Below, piece after piece: positions 45,549 through 51,511 of a stretch of 51,511 nt of DNA (within the stretch, counting starts at the first letter, position 1; every line of letters begins with the position of its first letter). The stretch lies in the NCBI GenBank assembly GCA_036478815.1, contig JAZGEP010000209.1:1-51511 (forward strand), written 5' to 3'. The DNA is from Methylococcales bacterium (GTDB taxonomy: Bacteria; Pseudomonadota; Gammaproteobacteria; Methylococcales; DRLZ01). Below the pieces are notes generated by a model. It did not search any database. It saw nothing but the letters and a program-made list of their open reading frames with translations, and had not been told where the DNA came from. Made by a program: the position numbers and the translations under genes.

Positions 45549-46757
45549 TTAAGGGACCAAATTTTCGAGATAGTCTTCAATCTCAGCTGCCGTACAACGA
45601 TTACAACCATCTCCCACAGAATTGTTGATCAGGGCTGCATCACGAATACCAAAAACATAACGAATGATTAACAACCCATCCGATAGTGCGTCTACCTCTC
45701 CATTGTCGTCTATGTCCGACGCAAGTGAAGTGGCACATTGATCGAGAAAAAGTTCAATTGCAGAGGCTGAGCATCGAGTGCAATCAGTTCCAACTGCGCC
45801 CTCAACCAAGCTCTCGCCATGGATGCCAAACATTTGTCGAATAAACAGCAACCCATCGGTCAACGCATTAACATTTGCATCTCCATCAACATCCAGAGTA
45901 CACTCGGTGACAGTTGACGTTCCAAAGGGATCGGTTCCAGCCTGAAATTCTTGTAGATTGGTAAAGCCATCCATATCAGGGTCTTCAGCCGCATCATCAA
46001 AATTTGTTGGGTCCAGTCCAAAGGCTAACTCCCAGCTATCCAAGATTCCATCGCTATCATTGTCCAGGCCTTCGTTGATGCCGAATCTGATGGTATAGGT
46101 ACCGTCATTATCATCATAAGCAGCCGGCATTCCGTTAAAACCGAAAGAATCTGGCACTCCTAAGAATAAGCGAGTTGCGCCAGCGGGTGCAGTGAACTCC
46201 TGAGCTACATTATTCGATGTCATTCCATCTCCAATAAAAAAGAGTTGGCCCAGCTCAGGTGAAAGCGTTGTAAAATTGATACCCAAACCACTGTTTGAAA
46301 AATCCAGGGTAGCAGGCGCTTCACCATTGGGAATCTCGTCATTCAGGAATACACCAACTAAGCCACCCTTGGTGGCTATATAGCCACTGATTCCTCCAAA
46401 AGATCCGATGATACTGCTGCCAGCTGCATCGCTGCCATCCGGATTGAAAATTCGACCTCCAAAACCGAGCACAAAGCTGATTCCTCCGCTCGCAGGATTT
46501 AATACCTTAATAACATCACCTTCGTTTACTGCAAATCCAGGAGGTAAGGTTTCCTTGATTTCTTCGGGCGTTGTTACTTCATGTCGTACTAAACCATCAG
46601 GCCATGGATCGACTGTTGCTGGAATGTCTAAATCGGTACGTCCCGCAAGCCATATAGCATCACTGCCCTTGACATCTGTTTGTATAATGACTGCATTAGC
46701 CCCTGAGATAAACATGGATAAAAATATTCCAACAAACAAAGTTTTTCGTTTATTCAT
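45549..46757 (-). CDS. secreted protein: beta-sandwich N-domain + TSP3-like Asp repeats + two dockerin/EF-hand-like C-terminal repeats
   Basis: ATG 46757 gives the signal peptide LFVGIFLSMFISGANA. DNDSDGILDSWE ... DPDMDGFTNLQEFQAGTDP. Two ~55-aa repeats: DVDGDANVNALTDGLLFIRQMFG...CTRCSASAIELFL and DIDDNGEVDALSDGLLIIRYVFG...CNRCTAAEIEDYL. Confidence 0.7.
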   Translation of the reverse strand: MNKRKTLFVGIFLSMFISGANAVIIQTDVKGSDAIWLAGRTDLDIPATVDPWPDGLVRHEVTTPEEIKETLPPGFAVNEGDVIKVLNPASGGISFVLGFGGRIFNPDGSDAAGSSIIGSFGGISGYIATKGGLVGVFLNDEIPNGEAPATLDFSNSGLGINFTTLSPELGQLFFIGDGMTSNNVAQEFTAPAGATRLFLGVPDSFGFNGMPAAYDDNDGTYTIRFGINEGLDNDSDGILDSWELAFGLDPTNFDDAAEDPDMDGFTNLQEFQAGTDPFGTSTVTECTLDVDGDANVNALTDGLLFIRQMFGIHGESLVEGAVGTDCTRCSASAIELFLDQCATSLASDIDDNGEVDALSDGLLIIRYVFGIRDAALINNSVGDGCNRCTAAEIEDYLENLVP

Positions 46758-47442
46758 TAATTCACACCATTTATGCCAAAAATTATATTTCATCTATAAA
46801 GCATAGAAGATATTTGAGATTCATACAATAAAATCTATCTTCAAGCGCTCGCTTTCGCGAATAATAGCTGGATATCAACCCCAATGGGCTGCTGCTAAGC
46901 GACGAAGTTTAACGCATTATCACTTGTTCGTGTTGTACTAAGCAAGCTCAGTGCCAACGCCAAATCGGTTTTATATGAAGTCCCAGCGTATATTGGTAAC
47001 CCTGTAATTATTTGTTCCTGAGGTAAGGGAAGTCTAATGTTAGGCACTCGGAATCAATACCGACATTTTGTATAGAATTGTTGTTTGACTTTAAGGCACA
47101 ACACAGGGCTTGTGACAAGCAATACAATTATTTTTATATCAGCTTGGGTGGAGCAAAAATGTCAGTTTCAGTAAGATTCCTTAGAACCTGTTCAAGATCT
47201 TGATCAAGGGATGCAGCGCAAAGCAAAATGGGACGAAAAGGGACAGCATATAGGAGGATGTGAGTATATTGAGTCCACCTTTAACGCAGCGATGCACTCT
47301 TCAGCAAGATTTTGAACCGGTTCTTGGGAATTGATCGAGAGCAGAAGGTTTTCTAGCGAGGGCTTATCAGGCTGGGGAGAAATGCGGGTTAGGGATCAAT
47401 TAATTGCTATTTCAGTAAGTTAGCTGAATACAATTATTTTAT

Positions 47443-47940
47443 TCAACTGATGATTTCATTTTGGTTAGCCACAACCCAATCGAACTGCTGCTCAGTGTCA
47501 GGTACCTGAATACCGCGAGCTTTGGATATTCGTTGAAATGCTTCAGTCGCTCCTAATTCTGCGTGAAGGAGAACGCCAGCAGCAACAATGCCTGTTCGAC
47601 CGATTCCTGCACGACAATGAATAACAGTATTCGCACCTCCAATGATTTGCTTATGAATGACTTTTGTTAACTGAGCAAATTCTTGTACTGACGACGGCAA
47701 TCCACGATCTTTAATTGGATAAGAAATGAATTTAATATTGTTTTTTTCACAGAGAATTTTTTCGTCTTTAAGGCCGAGTTTATTTTGTTCTGATAGCTCT
47801 AGAAGCGATAAGATCTGTAATACCTGAAGATTAGCCAAGCCAGAAAATTCATCCTCAATCCATTCGCCAGACATTGGTTTGGCCATAATTGCCAGAAAAC
47901 CAAGTCCAATTTTCTCAACGTAGTAAACTTTAGGGCTCAT
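47443..47940 (-). CDS. dual-specificity / protein-tyrosine phosphatase-like protein
   Basis: 165 aa with the CX5R P-loop VIHCRAGIGRTGIV. Confidence 0.8.
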   Translation of the reverse strand: MSPKVYYVEKIGLGFLAIMAKPMSGEWIEDEFSGLANLQVLQILSLLELSEQNKLGLKDEKILCEKNNIKFISYPIKDRGLPSSVQEFAQLTKVIHKQIIGGANTVIHCRAGIGRTGIVAAGVLLHAELGATEAFQRISKARGIQVPDTEQQFDWVVANQNEIIS

Positions 47941-47992
47941 GATTTAAAACACATATGATTCTTAGTGGTTTGCTGTAATACATTATTAGAAT

Positions 47993-48122
47993 TCCTGGGA
48001 TTTTGTTTCTGCCTGAGTCAATAATCTGAAAGGATCATCGTCGTTTTACGCAACGATTAAGATAGTTGAGTCAGGAGTAAAAAGACAAGTTTGAATGCTC
48101 AAATTTTTCATGTACACTCCTA
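47993..48122. repeat. degenerate core-1 MITE remnant
   Basis: CTGGGATTTTGTTTCTGCCTGAGTCAA...CGCAACGATTAAGATAGTTGAGTCAGGAGTAAAAAGACAAG...TCAAATTTTTCATGTACACTCCTA. Confidence 0.55.
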
Positions 48123-48208
48123 AAGTGTAGTAAACATTCACGATACAGTCAGGCAGATAACTGCACCAAAATCTAGCCCGCTTTTCTCGCCAATCTGATC
48201 AAGCCTCG

Positions 48209-48374
48209 CTAGGAGGTTGTCCGAGAATAGAAACCTACTGTGGAAAAACGGATTTTGGCTCTTTTTTTCGATTAAATTCGTTAATAACAGCAAGTATTCG
48301 CCTCATTTAATCGAAAAAATGGACTCAAAATCGCTTTCCCTCGCTACGGCTTCTATTCTCGGACAGTCTCCTAG
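48209..48374. mobile_element. MITE, C-type, second full copy
   Basis: CTAG-GAGGTTGTCCGAGAATAG ... CGATTAAATTCGTTAATAACAGCAAGTATTCGCCTCATTTAATCG ... CTATTCTCGGACAGTCTC-CTAG. 166 bp, the same length as 4147-4312. Confidence 0.9.
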
Positions 48375-48467
48375 AAACTGTCATAGACACTTTTCCGGTT
48401 CATCCGGTGTGTCAATAAATTCAAGATTGAGAGTGTTGTTTCGATCAATTTGAAAAGGTCACTGAGC

Positions 48468-48905
48468 ATGAGTAAAAAAATTAACCTACTATTTCTCTGC
48501 ACAGGAAATTCCTGTCGCAGCCAAATGGCGGAAGGTCTTTGCCGCCATTTTAGAGGCGACCTAATTGAGCCATTCTCTGCGGGAATCGAAGAACATGGGC
48601 TTAACCCACTTGCAGTCAAAGCAATGGGTGAAATTGGGATCGATATTTCCAAACATCAGAGCAAAACTGTTGCTAAAATTAGCAACGTAGAGTTTGAATA
48701 TGTGGTCACTGTGTGTGGGCATGCGAATGAGTCCTGTCCTGTATTTCCAGCAAATACCAAGATGATTCACCAAGGTTTTGACGATCCACCGAAACTGGCA
48801 ATGAATTCTCTAAACGAAGAACAAGCTCTGGTTCATTATCGTCGCATTAGGGATGAAATCAAAGATTACATCTTGACGTTTCCGGGATGCTGGATATTGA
48901 AGTAG
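48468..48905 (+). CDS. arsC: LMW-PTP-fold arsenate reductase (thioredoxin-coupled type)
   Basis: P-loop LFLCTGNSCRSQMAEG plus a downstream Cys pair in VTVCGHANESCPVFP, as in pI258-type ArsC. I prefer ATG 48468. Confidence 0.75.
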   Translation: MSKKINLLFLCTGNSCRSQMAEGLCRHFRGDLIEPFSAGIEEHGLNPLAVKAMGEIGIDISKHQSKTVAKISNVEFEYVVTVCGHANESCPVFPANTKMIHQGFDDPPKLAMNSLNEEQALVHYRRIRDEIKDYILTFPGCWILK

Positions 48906-48950
48906 TGCTCACAAACGGTAATCGAGAATAAACCGAGACGTTGATCAAAC

Positions 48951-49114
48951 CATTATACTCTCCGCACATAAAAATTTAGCATCTTGTGCACGCACGGTTT
49001 GTGTGTAAATTTGGTGCGGATAGTTGTGTTGGAAAACCTAAGATTTCCAGCCTTACTCACCACAAAATATCACGCACACAATAAGCTATATATTCATGTG
49101 TGAAGAGTATAATG
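48951..49114. mobile_element. MITE-like F-type element with ~45-bp imperfect terminal inverted repeats
   Basis: Left end CATTATACTCTCCGCACATAAAAATTTAGCATCTTGTGCACGCAC. Right end reverse complement CATTATACTCTTCACACATGAATATATAGCTTATTGTGTGCGTG. Confidence 0.7.
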
Positions 49115-49200
49115 ATTAAAATGGCTTTCACTCTCTACGACTTTTATTCTCGAACAACCTTCAGTCGAGAGAGGTGTTAAAACGAATGGGTGGTTCTAAC

Positions 49201-49380
49201 ATGAAACAAATTGAACATTTTTTCAGCTGCCCACACTGTGGTGAAAAGATATCGATGCTTCTAGATCTTTCGGTTTCAGAACAACAATACGTTGAAGATT
49301 GTGAAGTCTGTTGCGCACCAATTGAAATTCGGTATAGTGCGACCGGAGATGAGCTCGCCGATTTTATAGCTGAGTCATAA
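49201..49380 (+). CDS. CPXCG-motif cysteine-rich small protein (zinc-ribbon-like)
   Basis: 59 aa from ATG 49201: FFSCPHCGEKISMLLDLS....YVEDCEVCCAPIEI, i.e. two Cys pairs. Confidence 0.75.
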   Translation: MKQIEHFFSCPHCGEKISMLLDLSVSEQQYVEDCEVCCAPIEIRYSATGDELADFIAES

Positions 49381-49390
49381 ATGAGATGAC

Positions 49391-49536
49391 AGGAATGCGC
49401 ATGCAATCACTTGAACATTTTGGCTGGTCTTTTTTACTCCTGACGAAACGATCTAACAACTATGCGTCTCTTGAGATTACTTCGTCAGAAAAAAATACTG
49501 CGCCATCACTGTTCAAGTTATTCCATGCTTGTTTGT
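49391..49536. mobile_element. MITE, core-1 with internal deletion, A-like termini
   Basis: AGGAATGCGCATGCAATCACTTGAACA ... CTGACGAAACGATCTAACAACTATGCGTCTCTTGAGATTACTTCGTCAG ... CTGTTCAAGTTATTCCATGCTTGTTT. Confidence 0.8.
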
Positions 49537-49563
49537 AATAGATGAAAAATGTGTTGTGAAGCG

Positions 49564-50262
49564 CTATTTGTAAGCGTTCCAAGGATAATTAATCGCGAAA
49601 TTTTTGTTGCGAAAAAAGGGTATCAACAGCATGCCAGCGATAAATCCACCAATATGTGCTCCGAAGGCAACCCCGCCTTGCTGCGATCCACTACCGATTG
49701 AGCTGAAAAGCTGCAGCCCAAACCACATCACCAATACATAGAGCGCAGAAATTCTCATGGTGCGTGAAAATACTCCAAAAGGAATAAGAACCAGCACTTT
49801 TGCATGTGGGTATAGCAACATATACGCGCCTAATACTCCGGAAATTGCTCCGCTGGCTCCAACCATAGGAATCGTTGAGCCAGGATTGGGGATGACTTGT
49901 GCAAACACTGCTGCTATACCACAGAGGATGTAGAATATCACAAACTTCACGTGTCCCATTGAGTCCTCGACATTATTGCCAAAAATCCACAGGTAAAGCA
50001 TATTTCCACCTAAGTGCATCCAGCCACCATGCATAAACATTGAAGTAAAAATAGTGAGCCAAGCAGGAATCATTGCTATTTCTACTGGTAACGATTGACT
50101 GCCCAGCAATATGGCTGGAATCACACCTAAACTGTAAATTGCTTGCTCAACTTGACTACCCAATGATGATTCCCAGAAATATACCAGGCAACAGAGCACA
50201 ATAAAGATTATTGATACTAGAGGTTTGATTGAGGTCGGATTGTCATCGTGTAGTGGAATCAT
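49564..50262 (-). CDS. rhomboid-family intramembrane serine protease (second copy)
   Basis: 232 aa with MHGGWMHLGGNMLYLWIFG, catalytic GASGAISGVLGAY and His in GAHIGGF. Confidence 0.9.
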   Translation of the reverse strand: MIPLHDDNPTSIKPLVSIIFIVLCCLVYFWESSLGSQVEQAIYSLGVIPAILLGSQSLPVEIAMIPAWLTIFTSMFMHGGWMHLGGNMLYLWIFGNNVEDSMGHVKFVIFYILCGIAAVFAQVIPNPGSTIPMVGASGAISGVLGAYMLLYPHAKVLVLIPFGVFSRTMRISALYVLVMWFGLQLFSSIGSGSQQGGVAFGAHIGGFIAGMLLIPFFRNKNFAINYPWNAYK

Positions 50263-50449
50263 CTCAGTTCTCGTTTAAATTTAATTTTGGCTTGGAGGCT
50301 GTTCGATAATAGAACCCATAGTGAGGGAAGGCTATTTGAGCAGTCATGTTAATTATTATTGGTTTGATCAATTGAGGTGATTAGTCTTTTTATTTCAAGG
50401 ACAACTTCCTGGATCCAATCTATTGAATTAGAGGGAATCTATTAACAGT

Positions 50450-50502
50450 TTAGGAGCGAGAATTTAATAACTTCGGTAACTTATTAAATCCTCACTTCTA
50501 AG
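50450..50502. repeat. 53-bp mini-palindrome made of two E/I-type termini
   Basis: TTAGGAGCGAGAATTTAATAAC-TTCGGTAA-CTTATTAAATCCTCACTTCTAA. Lies directly after the stop of the 50505..51050 gene. Confidence 0.7.
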
Positions 50503-50504
50503 TG

Positions 50505-51050
50505 TCATGATTTTGTTGGTTTCTTCAGTTTCAGTATTTTCTGCTGTGGCGCATCAATCTGTTTTTGTATGGCTATTTTGGCCTGTCTGTCTTGTCTGAC
50601 CCGTGCCAGATAGCCGGTTAACGCCCCACCTGTTGATGCCAGCATAATTAGCCCCACAGTAATAAATTGAGTAAACAACACCACTGCACTAATCCCAACA
50701 GCGGCAGTAAACATAGCACCAACTTTTAAATTAGCTGTGGCATGTGCGCGATTGGTTTCTTTAACAATCTGGTTGTGGGTTTGTTTTAGCATTTCTGCTT
50801 TTTGACGCTCAGTATCAACCAACAGGTTTTCGCGCTCCTGGGCATGTGTTTGTCTGGTTCTCTCCAATGCATCTTTGTGAATATTTTGAGCGATCGATGC
50901 AAACCAGAATGCACCAAACAAGCTAATTACAAGGCTGAGTATTGCAACAGCGATGATCTGAAAATCCTCAACTGAAGTTTTAAGCAGGATAAATACCAAC
51001 GCAGAGGTGGCTATTTGAATCAGCAATATACCGGGCAGAAATTTAAACAT
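50505..51050 (-). CDS. hypothetical membrane protein with central charged coiled segment
   Basis: 181 aa. Two N-terminal TMs, a charged helix (RTRQTHAQERENLLVDTERQKAEMLKQ), then two more TMs. No family recognised. Confidence 0.5.
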   Translation of the reverse strand: MFKFLPGILLIQIATSALVFILLKTSVEDFQIIAVAILSLVISLFGAFWFASIAQNIHKDALERTRQTHAQERENLLVDTERQKAEMLKQTHNQIVKETNRAHATANLKVGAMFTAAVGISAVVLFTQFITVGLIMLASTGGALTGYLARVRQDRQAKIAIQKQIDAPQQKILKLKKPTKS

Positions 51051-51324
51051 ATCATCTAATATATCGCATTAAACACAATCTTGTGCTGAATTGTTGTACA
51101 CGATTTGGTTTTGAATGGCCGTTTCGATTGCTTCATTCGTTGTTTGTTAGCTATTTGTTTTCATGGGAAAAGCCTTTTGATATTCGATGTTTTGAACTGA
51201 TTGAGGATAAATTTTGAAAAACTCTTTTTACGGTTTTACCCTTTCCTTCTTTCAGTGTGCAAATACTGGCCCCTTATGAACATTTTTGCTATTTATCCGG
51301 AATTAGACGTTCCAGTTCAAGTTA

Positions 51325-51489
51325 TTAGGTGGTTTGACGAAACAAAGTGACCAACCTTGCTTGTCTTTTTGCTCCTGACCAACGCAATCTCAATCGTTAC
51401 GTAGAATGACTATGCGCCTCTTGAGATAGTTTGGTCAGAAACAAAAATCCTGCGCAATCTTGGTAACTTTATTCCGTCAAACCACCTTA
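51325..51489. mobile_element. MITE, core-1, B-type termini, TTA/TTA flanks
   Basis: TTA-GGTGGTTTGACGAAACAAAGTGACCAACCTTGC ... core-1 ... CTTGGTAACTTTATTCCGTCAAACCACC-TTA. Followed by the E-type 19-mer TTAAATCCTCACTCCTTAG. Confidence 0.9.
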
Positions 51490-51511
51490 AATCCTCACTC
51501 CTTAGTTGCTT

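Overview
AT-rich, gammaproteobacterium-like chromosomal window. Gene content and repeat load remind me of large filamentous sulfur bacteria, but that is only an impression. The flanks are housekeeping genes: glycogen catabolism (pgm, glgP, glgX), fumC, an MsbA-like ABC exporter, trmL, nagZ followed by a PRTase and an MTA/MTI phosphorylase, two rhomboid proteases, an Lpp-like lipoprotein near an L,D-transpeptidase, an LMW-PTP-type ArsC and a MIF-like tautomerase. The centre (about 19.2-38.4 kb) is an accessory block of secreted and envelope proteins. It holds a metzincin with three N-terminal repeats and two tandem paralogous secreted CxxCH + PPC-domain proteins of unknown family. These are followed by a convergent cluster: a signal-peptide TPR-CHAT (caspase-like) protein, a DUF928-like protein, a short TpsA/TpsB two-partner secretion pair, a CHASE2-class III nucleotide cyclase and a translationally coupled Crp-family regulator. 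A conserved 60-70 bp module occurs three times upstream of secreted-protein genes. It carries a near-consensus CRP box (TGTGA-N6-TCATA) at class-II distance from a TG-extended -10. Together these suggest a self-contained, cNMP-controlled secretion/signalling system; I know of no characterised counterpart. Almost every intergenic region is filled with non-autonomous MITEs, about 25 full or partial copies. Several terminal-repeat types share two hairpin cores, and most ends are flanked by TTA/TAA. I recognised no transposase, tRNA, rRNA or CRISPR array.
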